Below are positions 54,925 through 63,903 of a stretch of 64,000 nt of DNA, in pieces; the first letter of the stretch is position 1, and each line of letters begins with the position of its first letter. The stretch lies in the IMG/VR virus record IMGVR_UViG_3300042308_001616, positions 62,001 to 126,000 of that record, one strand, 5' to 3'. The notes under the pieces are model-generated. The model saw only the letters and a program-made list of their open reading frames with translations. It was not told the origin of the DNA and made no database searches. Made by a program: the position numbers and the translations under genes.

Positions 54925-57065
54925 TTCTTCGTCCCAAACCAGTTTATATTACTATCGTTATTCCAAATATTTCCTTTGGATTTTTTCATCTTTCGTGCAC
55001 GTAAAACCTGACCATAATCAAGTCCTTCAACAAAGTCAACCTTTTTTAATTCGCGTTCAACATAGTCCATAAAGTCTTTTGGTGAATTGTTTCGTCCCCA
55101 ATCCTCAACCATTTCTCGGAACTCGTGTTTTTTGAAAATAGTACTAGAGTTAACCAAAGTCATAACCGTATCATCATGACCAACATCTGCGGCATATCTT
55201 ACGTTACCGGCCACCGTTGTGTGTTTAACGAAAGTCGTTATCTCTCTTATATTGTCTTCGTTTGTAATAAGGAATGACTTTGAGTACATCAAATCTTGAT
55301 AGTCTTTAACCATCATATTTTTATTTTCTCCAACTTTCAAACCTATCCTTTCTTCGGTTGCATCTGCACGATGTTTATAACGGATAAAAACGGATGATCC
55401 ATAGTTGTTATTACCATCGAATACGTGTGGCATCTCTGCAAGTAAAGCATTACCATAGTTATTCAACTCAAGAACTATCTTGACGTTTTCGGGATTGAAG
55501 TATTCAAAAGTCAATAAGTAAAGAAGTTCCGAAAGTTGTTTAACGGAAACTAAGTTACTACGGAATATTGCTATCTGTTCGAGTCTGAAGAAATCCACAA
55601 CTGAAGTATATTTGTGTTTTTGGTCCTCTATTAGAGACACCGGTTTCTCAGAAATACGGAATATATTAATTACAGAATAATCCTGTCCGAGTCCCTCCGA
55701 AATATCGACAGACATAACTATCCTGTAATCTTTTCGTTTTATTGGAATGAATCTTTCATCATCATCAGTCCATTTTAGTCCCTCGTAAGAAAACTTTAGT
55801 CGTGTAAGTTCATCAAGTTCTTGATATTCAAAATTCTTCTTACCCTTTAACAAATCTTCAATTATCGATTCATTTAACAAAGACTTACTAGAGTTGATAA
55901 ACCTTAGACCATATTCCTGGTTGAATGCATCTTCACCACCAATATCCTTCACCGCCTCATCTTTCCAAGTTGTCACCTCCGCAACCGAAAGTATAGAAAC
56001 CTCGTTACCCTTAACATCGATAAATGTAAGTGACTTAACCATCTCATCAGAACACTTATCGTTGTTGAAAACGTGTATAACGTCTTTCTGTTGGTCCATA
56101 TTGAACTCCATTTTGAGTTTTGTTAATTCTCCAAATGCAGAAACACAACTATTATAAATATCGTCTTTTGTAACTCCGTGATGGAAAAGACGACCATTGT
56201 TCAACCTTATATAAGTAACGAACCTACCCGGAACCTGATACCAATAGACCCTCATAGGTTTGTAGTTGTTTTTGAGTGGATCACCGTCAGGTCTTTCTGC
56301 ATCAATTAACAACTTATGAAAAAGGTTCATACCATTCGGTGTAGATGTTATAATTATCTTTGAATTCTGAACCGCAGAAACGGTCGGGAATGCGGCAGTA
56401 TAGTATGGCTCTATAATATTCGACGGAATGTGTGCAAACTCATCAAGATAAAGAACGTCAATGGTAAAACCAATTGCAGGTGTTTTTGACCTAGCAGACG
56501 TTTTTATTCTACAACCATTATCGAAGGTGAGTGACTTCTGATTCCAAGTCTTTATACCTGGTTTTAGAAAGAATGGTAGAAGTGAATAAATTGACTTCAC
56601 TTTATCAACTATCTCAATCGCAGTGTCTCCCTTATTCGCCACTATCATACAGTTCTTATCGTTGTTGAAAAGTATTGTATGTAATATGAATATTGCAGAA
56701 GATACCGTTTTTCCAACCTGCCGCGACGCCATTAATATATTGAACCGGTTGTTCATAAAGTTATCGAGAATCTCACTCTGGTAGTCCCTAAGAAGTATAG
56801 AACCTACGGATCCATCCTCTCTTTTAGTCTTACAATACTTTTCGGTGAAATAATGTATATCAACCGCACAACGTATGTATTCCTGTTGTTCTTCCGGAGA
56901 AAGTCGGAAAACTACACCAGACCTCTTCAAACCAACCTCACTCTTTAACCAAGGATTCTGGAACTTCTTAACTTGTATACCGTCGTTTATTTGATTTGTA
57001 GCTTCTTCCACCAATCGGGTGGTAAAAACCATCTGTCTAACATCTTCTTTCTTTTTCTCCGCCAT
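54921..57065 (-). CDS. gp17: Terminase large subunit, T4 gp17-like
   Basis: LRDYQ, ASRQVGKT (Walker A), YLDEFAHI (Walker B), ITSTPNG, FNQEYG, VDISEG, HDDTVM. Confidence 0.93.
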   Translation of the reverse strand: MAEKKKEDVRQMVFTTRLVEEATNQINDGIQVKKFQNPWLKSEVGLKRSGVVFRLSPEEQQEYIRCAVDIHYFTEKYCKTKREDGSVGSILLRDYQSEILDNFMNNRFNILMASRQVGKTVSSAIFILHTILFNNDKNCMIVANKGDTAIEIVDKVKSIYSLLPFFLKPGIKTWNQKSLTFDNGCRIKTSARSKTPAIGFTIDVLYLDEFAHIPSNIIEPYYTAAFPTVSAVQNSKIIITSTPNGMNLFHKLLIDAERPDGDPLKNNYKPMRVYWYQVPGRFVTYIRLNNGRLFHHGVTKDDIYNSCVSAFGELTKLKMEFNMDQQKDVIHVFNNDKCSDEMVKSLTFIDVKGNEVSILSVAEVTTWKDEAVKDIGGEDAFNQEYGLRFINSSKSLLNESIIEDLLKGKKNFEYQELDELTRLKFSYEGLKWTDDDERFIPIKRKDYRIVMSVDISEGLGQDYSVINIFRISEKPVSLIEDQKHKYTSVVDFFRLEQIAIFRSNLVSVKQLSELLYLLTFEYFNPENVKIVLELNNYGNALLAEMPHVFDGNNNYGSSVFIRYKHRADATEERIGLKVGENKNMMVKDYQDLMYSKSFLITNEDNIREITTFVKHTTVAGNVRYAADVGHDDTVMTLVNSSTIFKKHEFREMVEDWGRNNSPKDFMDYVERELKKVDFVEGLDYGQVLRARKMKKSKGNIWNNDSNINWFGTKN

Positions 57066-57078
57066 ATTGGGAAGCCAA

Positions 57079-57098
57079 TTTCCTTATATATAAGGAAA
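57079..57098. promoter_or_regulatory. 20-bp perfect palindrome containing the late-promoter motif
   Basis: TTTCCTTATATATAAGGAAA between divergent TerL and candidate TerS. Confidence 0.65.
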
Positions 57099-57112
57099 AA
57101 CAACTCCTACTA

Positions 57113-57742
57113 ATGTCGAAGCAAGATAAAGAAAGGAATAGAATACAGGACGAATTCGACCAGATACAATCGGAGGGCGGTGAATATGACTTCTCAATGC
57201 ACCTAGCAAGACCCGAGGATCTTCCCGATTTGGGAGAGATTGAAATTTATGACTATGATTCTGATCTCACGGTATCATCACAACAATCAATGCAGGTACT
57301 AGAATCACTGGTAGATTTATACTTAGGTGATGTGCCTAAACTCAAAGAACATCCGTACATACAGAACAAAATGAAAGAAGATGCTATGGTTTATGCCGAA
57401 GCAATATTTCTCACCAAAATGACAAGAAAAAACTTTCTTACACAAATGAGACAGGTTGATAATGGTGATAGTTCTGCCAGGATGCATGAAGTTGTAAACC
57501 AGACAATTGGTCAGATAAGGGAAAATGCAAAATTTCTTTCAGGACAAAAGACTAAATTGGAAGAATTTTGGAAGAACCTGAGAAGGGATATGGGTTATGA
57601 CGAGATGGCAACAAATACACCAATGATACAGGAAGATAAAGAAGATTCTAATGATGGTCAAATTATGAATAGTCGTGATATGAACGAATGGATAAAGGCA
57701 GCCATGATGAAAAAAGAAGAAGACAGAGGTAAAAAAGAGTAA
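57113..57742 (+). CDS. Candidate terminase small subunit (gp16-like)
   Basis: SARMHEVVNQTI resembles the T4-like gp16 PRAYEVxxQLI helix; divergent from TerL. Confidence 0.45.
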   Translation: MSKQDKERNRIQDEFDQIQSEGGEYDFSMHLARPEDLPDLGEIEIYDYDSDLTVSSQQSMQVLESLVDLYLGDVPKLKEHPYIQNKMKEDAMVYAEAIFLTKMTRKNFLTQMRQVDNGDSSARMHEVVNQTIGQIRENAKFLSGQKTKLEEFWKNLRRDMGYDEMATNTPMIQEDKEDSNDGQIMNSRDMNEWIKAAMMKKEEDRGKKE

Positions 57743-57743
57743 T

Positions 57744-58598
57744 CTATTTACGAATCCTTCCATAAGACTCAAACGACTTAACTAAATTAGCATATTCGAG
57801 TTTCACCTTCTTTGTTGAAAAAAGTTTCATTTTATTAGGAGTAACTATATTTATAATCAACTCCGGCATCGAAGACTTTATTGTTTCTCGTATTGTGTCC
57901 TTTTGTGAGCTCTGACTATTTGCCAACATTGTTTGAAGAGCTTTACCTATAGAATCTACCATAGCAACTGATCTTTGGTCTTCATCATAGAAGTGAATCT
58001 GTTCATATCTAGTTATCTCTTGTGTGTCAAAAACATCACCATCTGCCTTTACACCAACTAGATGTTGTAGTAAAAGTCTGCATTTGTCCCATGCCACGTC
58101 GTCATCATTACTCTCATAGAAACTTTCTGAAACGTAGTAGTAATTTTTTATACGAATACCAATCTCTTCTAACTTATCCTCAACCTTTTCTATCATTCTT
58201 TCGTAGTTAGATTTGGTATTTTTCGAACATATAAAGTATACATCATCTGGCGAATTTTTAAGATGTCTAAGAACATCTTCATTTATTCTGTGATTTGATG
58301 CTCTGATAAGGTCCTCGTCCATAAACTCTCTAAGTGAGAATGCTAAGTTTGATGAGTTGGCACGATTCCTTTTACAACCAACGTTAACTTCTGACATTAG
58401 TTTATCCGAAAGCCAATAATCACTACCGGCAAACGGTACTCTGTTACCATGTGATTTAAAAACACCGGATCTAACAAGGTTGAAATCGGATTGACTTATT
58501 CTATGAACTGGAAGTGATGGACGTGATTTATCGATTATCCAAACTTTGGCATCACTAATTATCACAGTGTCCAAATCAAAAAAGTGTGCTGCACCCAT
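57744..58598 (-). CDS. HAD-fold-like hypothetical protein
   Basis: FFDLD at the N-terminus, FICSK, HFYDED. Confidence 0.5.
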   Translation of the reverse strand: MGAAHFFDLDTVIISDAKVWIIDKSRPSLPVHRISQSDFNLVRSGVFKSHGNRVPFAGSDYWLSDKLMSEVNVGCKRNRANSSNLAFSLREFMDEDLIRASNHRINEDVLRHLKNSPDDVYFICSKNTKSNYERMIEKVEDKLEEIGIRIKNYYYVSESFYESNDDDVAWDKCRLLLQHLVGVKADGDVFDTQEITRYEQIHFYDEDQRSVAMVDSIGKALQTMLANSQSSQKDTIRETIKSSMPELIINIVTPNKMKLFSTKKVKLEYANLVKSFESYGRIRK

Positions 58599-58825
58599 TA
58601 ATAGTATTTGTTTATTTTATATCTGAACTCATGTGGCGTTCCGTCCCACCTTTCACCTTCATATGTTTTTTCCTCCCAGTTAACACTACCTTCTTGCATT
58701 CTACAACCAGGACAAAAGTTTGGCCAAACCTCAACATCATCAACAATTTTTATATCAGCTTTATTCACGACAAAGGTTGCCTTACAATATGGCTTACCAC
58801 AAACTGAATTTCCTAAGTTCTCCAT
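58598..58825 (-). CDS. Small Zn-ribbon-like protein
   Basis: CGKPYC and CPGC pairs; TAATATATA upstream. Confidence 0.6.
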   Translation of the reverse strand: MENLGNSVCGKPYCKATFVVNKADIKIVDDVEVWPNFCPGCRMQEGSVNWEEKTYEGERWDGTPHEFRYKINKYY

Positions 58826-58859
58826 ATTCTAAATTCCATTTGTGTTATATATTAAACAC

Positions 58860-58890
58860 AAAACCCGTCTTTCGACGGGTTTGTTTTTTT
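58860..58890. terminator. Terminator
   Basis: AAACCCGTC-tttc-GACGGGTTT. Confidence 0.75.
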
Positions 58891-58900
58891 TTATCATTTA

Positions 58901-59347
58901 TCACTTTATGAAGTCTTTACTAAGTGCAAACTCGTAGAGTGTCGGTAGTGAGAGGTGTTGAACAAATCCATCTCTTATATCACGAAGAGTTTTATTACGT
59001 GATACAATGTTGAAAATTAGTTCACCAAACTCCTGTTGGAATTCTAAATAACAATCACACCATGGTCTGTTGTAGTTCTCTAAAGTTCTCCACTCGGTAT
59101 ATCCACCAGTGAGCCAGAATAATGCTCTATCAGGTTCTATCTCATTGGCATAATATCTTATGTCCCATACCGGATCATTCCAATCCACTTTTCTCATCAT
59201 TAATGCAACTGCCTCTGCAACATCTTTGGTCATGTCATTACCAATCTCGAAAAAATAAATGTTCTCTTCTTTGCTAACTCTCATAATCCCACCGACGTAG
59301 AGGTCGCAATTACCTCTGGCCTGCAGGGCCACCTTCTTTCTCTTCAT
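58901..59347 (-). CDS. Hypothetical protein
   Basis: 148-aa ORF. Confidence 0.7.
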   Translation of the reverse strand: MKRKKVALQARGNCDLYVGGIMRVSKEENIYFFEIGNDMTKDVAEAVALMMRKVDWNDPVWDIRYYANEIEPDRALFWLTGGYTEWRTLENYNRPWCDCYLEFQQEFGELIFNIVSRNKTLRDIRDGFVQHLSLPTLYEFALSKDFIK

Positions 59348-59365
59348 AATATAAAGATTATTTTT

Positions 59366-59662
59366 TTAGGGTACGAGGTTTATCCCGCCATTCCATGCGG
59401 TTCCTTCGACAATATTGCCACTCTCGAAAATCCCTCCTTGCCATTTTCCATGGAAGCTACCGGATTTGAAAATTCCCCACTTCCAAACTCCAAAAAGAAA
59501 ATCACCAGAATGCCATATAAGTGTATTCTTTCTTATCTCCAATTTGGCATTTTCGATTTCACAATCGATGAGCCAGGTGAATCCTTCAGATTTTAACTTT
59601 TTAGAAATTTCTTTTTGGTCGGTGTATGTTTTACCATCCACACTTAGTTCTGAGTATTTCAT
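59366..59662 (-). CDS. Hypothetical protein with Gly-x-aromatic 5-residue repeats
   Basis: GDFLF-GVWKW-GIFKS-GSFH-GKWQG-GIFES. Confidence 0.7.
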   Translation of the reverse strand: MKYSELSVDGKTYTDQKEISKKLKSEGFTWLIDCEIENAKLEIRKNTLIWHSGDFLFGVWKWGIFKSGSFHGKWQGGIFESGNIVEGTAWNGGINLVP

Positions 59663-59749
59663 ATCACTGTGTGTAATTTATGTCTTATATATTAACACAC
59701 TTTACAGACATTTACACACATCGCGGAAAACAAGTGGTTTTATAAAGTG

Positions 59750-59778
59750 GAAGGCATCACTTTTTTTGTGATGCCTTC
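59750..59778. terminator. Hairpin after 59783..60358
   Basis: GAAGGCATCAC-ttttttt-GTGATGCCTTC, 11-bp stem. Confidence 0.6.
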
Positions 59779-59782
59779 CTTC

Positions 59783-60358
59783 TTATGCCATTGATTTTAT
59801 TTTATCTCTTATTATTGCTGCAGTTTCGTAGTCTTCAATCGAAACAGCATGCATCATTTTTTCGGTAAGTGATTCTATACTCTCTTTTCTCTCTTTTCTC
59901 TTAGGTGCATCACCAGAGAGGAATCGATCATAGAAGTCGTTAGATAAATCGTAACCTTTGGATTTGAAGTGTGCATATGCGTAAACCGATTCTATACCTT
60001 TTGGTTGTTTCGGTGTCTTTATTTGTGACATACGGTGGAATTCATCCAATTTGTCGGTAGTTATTGCAAGACTATCGTCTGTCTCCAATCTTTTAGAATA
60101 TACATATTTAGTGGTATCACCTCTTTTTACAAAATCACCAAATAGATTTATATACTCTATAGCTATTATTTTTGAGAATCTAAGGTCAATCCATATTTTA
60201 CCAGTGAAATCCTGTGGTCCGTTACCAACATATTTTTTATAACTAACCAACTTCTCAAAATCGAGACAATATTTCTCACTTATGAAGAAAAGTTGTATAG
60301 GTGTATGTGACGCCACGTTTATACATATTGTGTTTATCGGATCAAATTCTATCATCAC
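59783..60358 (-). CDS. Hypothetical protein with C-terminal UVR (UvrB/UvrC) motif
   Basis: LTEKMMHAVSIEDYETAAIIRDKI; TATTTTCG box upstream at 60371-60378. Confidence 0.75.
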   Translation of the reverse strand: MMIEFDPINTICINVASHTPIQLFFISEKYCLDFEKLVSYKKYVGNGPQDFTGKIWIDLRFSKIIAIEYINLFGDFVKRGDTTKYVYSKRLETDDSLAITTDKLDEFHRMSQIKTPKQPKGIESVYAYAHFKSKGYDLSNDFYDRFLSGDAPKRKERKESIESLTEKMMHAVSIEDYETAAIIRDKIKSMA

Positions 60359-60432
60359 TTTCTTTTTTTACGAAAATAAGGAAAAATCCGAGAACGAACA
60401 ATTTATATATATGCAAAACGCAATAAAATTTC

Positions 60433-63285
60433 ATGAAATATCTGGCGAAAAGAGAAGACTTCCTAAGAAGTGCGAAAAAGCTAAGTCAAAAATCTGACTT
60501 TATAAAGGAAAGCAAAGGTGATTGGAGACTCATAACAGAAGAAGCTCCATTCGAAAATGATATACCGTGGGCAGAATCACTTATCGGAAGGTTTATCTAC
60601 CATCAGATAATACAGAGGATTGAAGATGGAACCAGACTACTTAGAATCTTACCTTTGACAAGAAGACTAAGATCCGAGTTTGACAACCTGGTATCGGAAG
60701 GTTACTTACTAAACGTAGATGATGATAAGAAAGCATTGATGGGTAAGCTAACACTACATGCGGTTTTTGAAGCTCTCATAATACATGTTGATAAAGGTGC
60801 AAAAGTAGAAGTACTTAAAAACCTAACAGATGAGGCACAAGAAACGGTGAAGAAAATGCCAGATGAAGAAAAGGAAAAATCCACTCTAAAATCAGAATTA
60901 GACGAATTCGCTAAGTTTCTCGAAGGATTTAAAAACAACGAGGGTGATGGTATGGACGAAGAGGAAGAAGATGGAGAGGAAGAAGATGGAGAGGAAGAAG
61001 ATGGAGAGGAAGAAGAGGAAATTAAAGATAATAAAGAAATTAGTGAACTAATATTACAAAATATGAAGGCACTAAGAGGAATATTGGAAGCATTTCCTAG
61101 TTTCAAAAGTGAAGTATCCAGACTAGCAACAACAACAACCGGAAAACATCAAATATCCGCAGGAGACACAATACAGAAATTAAGTGCAGAATATCAAATA
61201 AAACCAGAAGTACTTATAGGAATGAATACTTGGTTACAGGGTAGAAAACCAACAGATTCTCTACCTACCAAAGACAAAAATGGTAAACCTTTAACCATTT
61301 TATTAGAAAGTGTAGTAAACGAGAGTAGTGTTAGTGCATTTGTGGGTAAGGTTGTTGCCAAAATACAAAACCTATTGAAAAACAAAGGTGGGAACAAAGA
61401 TGAAATACAAACAAAAGTACACGACTCACTTAAATCTTTAGTAAGACATATAGATGACTTACAAAATCCTAAAATAAAAGAGGTTTCTGTAAATCTCGCA
61501 CTTATGAATACACTAATCTCCGGAAAATATCCAGAGAAAGTAAATACAATATATGACGAGATAAAGGAATATGTGACAGGAAAGAAAAAAGGTGAAGTAT
61601 CACTAACACAGAACGACCTTCTAAAGGAAGATAATGACCTTAACTTCGGAGTAGATAAAGATGGTAAAAAAATGACTCCACAAAATCTGGAGGCAAATAA
61701 AGGTAAAATACTAGACAAAGACTCTTCACAGTTGATTGAAATAGATGGTAAGAATGTTTACGTAACTAATATAGCTTTCAAAATAGCAAGGTTCTTCAAA
61801 TTCATCATTCAGTTTGAGAAGGCAGGTCTTATAGATGTATTGGATACGTTACAGGCCAATACGGAGTTGTTTATCAAAACCGGTCGTCAAATTACCGGAA
61901 TGGTAAACGAAAAGAGACTGCTCGGATTTGATGGATTTATGAGAATTTACGAAGCGGATGAACAAAAACCGGAAGAAGACAAAGGAGCACCGACTGAGGA
62001 GCAAGGAACAACATCTGAAAGAATAAAGGACTTTTTTGAACAGAAATGTAAAACGGTAAAATCTTATGTTCTTGAGAAGACAGAGGTTGAAAAAATTGTA
62101 GCAAACTTCGAGAGTATCGAAAAGGAAGGAAAAGGTTTGGTAATAAACGGAATTGATCCTATAATGCAGATATGTAGACTTTTCAACCGTGCATACAAGC
62201 TCTATATGAGAGAGAAGATATCACAAAGACAGGGTGGTGAAATTGGTGCAACAATCGCAGGAAGATATACATCATATGGTGGTGATAAGAGTGGACCTTT
62301 CAGAATAAACAAAGTTTTTAACCAATGGGAGGACGCAGTACTCAAAATTATGGGTGATAGAAAATATGAGTATATTTTTAGTAAAAATACCAAAATGAGG
62401 TTTCCACTAGTACCAGATCCGAAAAATGAAGAAGATTGGGAGATTAGGAAAGGTGCTGGTCTAGCACTTAATAATTTTATGAATGAATTAATCGACGGTG
62501 ATAGTCTTTATAAAACCAGTTCTACGGATAGAGGTGCTCAAGCAAAATTTATTGAAAAATATTTTGGTAAAGTTGGTGAAGCTGACTTAGAAAAGTCGGG
62601 AGGTCTTACAATAGGTGATGATGGTGAAAGTAACACCAAAATTGCAACAGCGGTAGAAAATGGCTCGGTAAAGTTATCATTTACTAAGTTGAATGAGAAA
62701 CCGAATTTCAAAGCCAATACATTTTTTGCCATAAAGTACAAAAACATAAAAGAAGGAAAAATAGAAGGTGACTCTAAATACTACTACGTATGGACTTTAA
62801 CAGATGCAAAATCTATTGCATTTAGTGGAACATTCAAATATTTTGATGAATTGATACAATCTAGTCCATTAAGTGATCCAGAAAGTGAAATTGTTGATTC
62901 CAGAAAGAAGGTAATAGACAAAGGAGCTCTACCGAAAATTACGAAGGACACAATTTATAGCAAAGTTGATGGTACTACAGACCATTGGCAGACAAATTAT
63001 GCTAGAACAACAAAGGATTTAGGAGATTTATTTCTAAGAGGTTCAAAATTGAATATAAAATATATCGACGGAAGAGACAAAAGGAAAACGTATGATAAGT
63101 CTATATTCGTGGAAGACATATATTCAATAAACACCGTTTCGGATAAACCAGAACAATTTGTACCTAAGATAACAACAGAATGGTTAAAGAAACAAAAAAT
63201 TGCATCATCCAGTGATAAAAGTCCATTCTCTAAAGATCCATCACAACATCTAACCGAAAGAAACACAGACATAACCAAAGTATGA
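60433..63285 (+). CDS. Large probable virion protein with CTS-like N-terminus and one LysM domain
   Basis: HQISAGDTIQKLSAEYQIKPEVLIGMN (LysM, about 61141-61290); acidic linker; begins MKYLAKREDF. Confidence 0.7.
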   Translation: MKYLAKREDFLRSAKKLSQKSDFIKESKGDWRLITEEAPFENDIPWAESLIGRFIYHQIIQRIEDGTRLLRILPLTRRLRSEFDNLVSEGYLLNVDDDKKALMGKLTLHAVFEALIIHVDKGAKVEVLKNLTDEAQETVKKMPDEEKEKSTLKSELDEFAKFLEGFKNNEGDGMDEEEEDGEEEDGEEEDGEEEEEIKDNKEISELILQNMKALRGILEAFPSFKSEVSRLATTTTGKHQISAGDTIQKLSAEYQIKPEVLIGMNTWLQGRKPTDSLPTKDKNGKPLTILLESVVNESSVSAFVGKVVAKIQNLLKNKGGNKDEIQTKVHDSLKSLVRHIDDLQNPKIKEVSVNLALMNTLISGKYPEKVNTIYDEIKEYVTGKKKGEVSLTQNDLLKEDNDLNFGVDKDGKKMTPQNLEANKGKILDKDSSQLIEIDGKNVYVTNIAFKIARFFKFIIQFEKAGLIDVLDTLQANTELFIKTGRQITGMVNEKRLLGFDGFMRIYEADEQKPEEDKGAPTEEQGTTSERIKDFFEQKCKTVKSYVLEKTEVEKIVANFESIEKEGKGLVINGIDPIMQICRLFNRAYKLYMREKISQRQGGEIGATIAGRYTSYGGDKSGPFRINKVFNQWEDAVLKIMGDRKYEYIFSKNTKMRFPLVPDPKNEEDWEIRKGAGLALNNFMNELIDGDSLYKTSSTDRGAQAKFIEKYFGKVGEADLEKSGGLTIGDDGESNTKIATAVENGSVKLSFTKLNEKPNFKANTFFAIKYKNIKEGKIEGDSKYYYVWTLTDAKSIAFSGTFKYFDELIQSSPLSDPESEIVDSRKKVIDKGALPKITKDTIYSKVDGTTDHWQTNYARTTKDLGDLFLRGSKLNIKYIDGRDKRKTYDKSIFVEDIYSINTVSDKPEQFVPKITTEWLKKQKIASSSDKSPFSKDPSQHLTERNTDITKV

Positions 63286-63845
63286 GAATAATAAGATATA
63301 GTGAGTTTAGTGAGAAGTTGAGTTTAAATTCTGCAGACTCCCCAGCACTCAAAATGGACAAACAATCCATAAATAAAACCGAAGAACATATCAAGGATTA
63401 CGATTCTAAAAAAAACACTATCACTTCGTTATATACACAGATTGGGAAAGATAATAAGTTTCTTTATAGTGATGAGATGATTAAAGATAAAGTTGAAGAG
63501 ATAATGGGTGCAGAAGATGATGAAAATAGAAATCCATATCTACAGAAGCTAATAACGGTATTGGATCTGGAGAGAAAACTTGTCGGTGATACAAAGTCTC
63601 AAAGTGACGACAAACTTGCTTCGGAAAATTTAAGACAAGAACTATCCAATGAAAAGGATGATGCTAGAAAAGGAGAGATTCAGAAAAAAATGGATGACTT
63701 AAATAAACGACTCAGTGAGTATGACATCACAAATCTAACAAAACAGGTAGAAGAGTCGAGGAAAAAATTCTTCGACGATATGAATAAGTTAACACAAGAT
63801 TACAAAACGGCCGTAAATAAGATAAAGACGACCAAACAAAAATAG
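63282..63845 (+). CDS. Coiled-coil protein with CTS-like N-terminus
   Basis: Begins MRIIRYSEFSE; heptad-rich. Confidence 0.7.
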   Translation: MRIIRYSEFSEKLSLNSADSPALKMDKQSINKTEEHIKDYDSKKNTITSLYTQIGKDNKFLYSDEMIKDKVEEIMGAEDDENRNPYLQKLITVLDLERKLVGDTKSQSDDKLASENLRQELSNEKDDARKGEIQKKMDDLNKRLSEYDITNLTKQVEESRKKFFDDMNKLTQDYKTAVNKIKTTKQK

Positions 63846-63903
63846 AAAAAAATTGGTTTTTTTATTTTATATATACCAATAGAAAAAAAACAAAGACAAA
63901 AAC

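Noticed and set aside
55968-56222. Intein in the terminase
   Set aside because: Too short, and lacks the N-terminal Cys/Ser, the C-terminal His-Asn and LAGLIDADG motifs.
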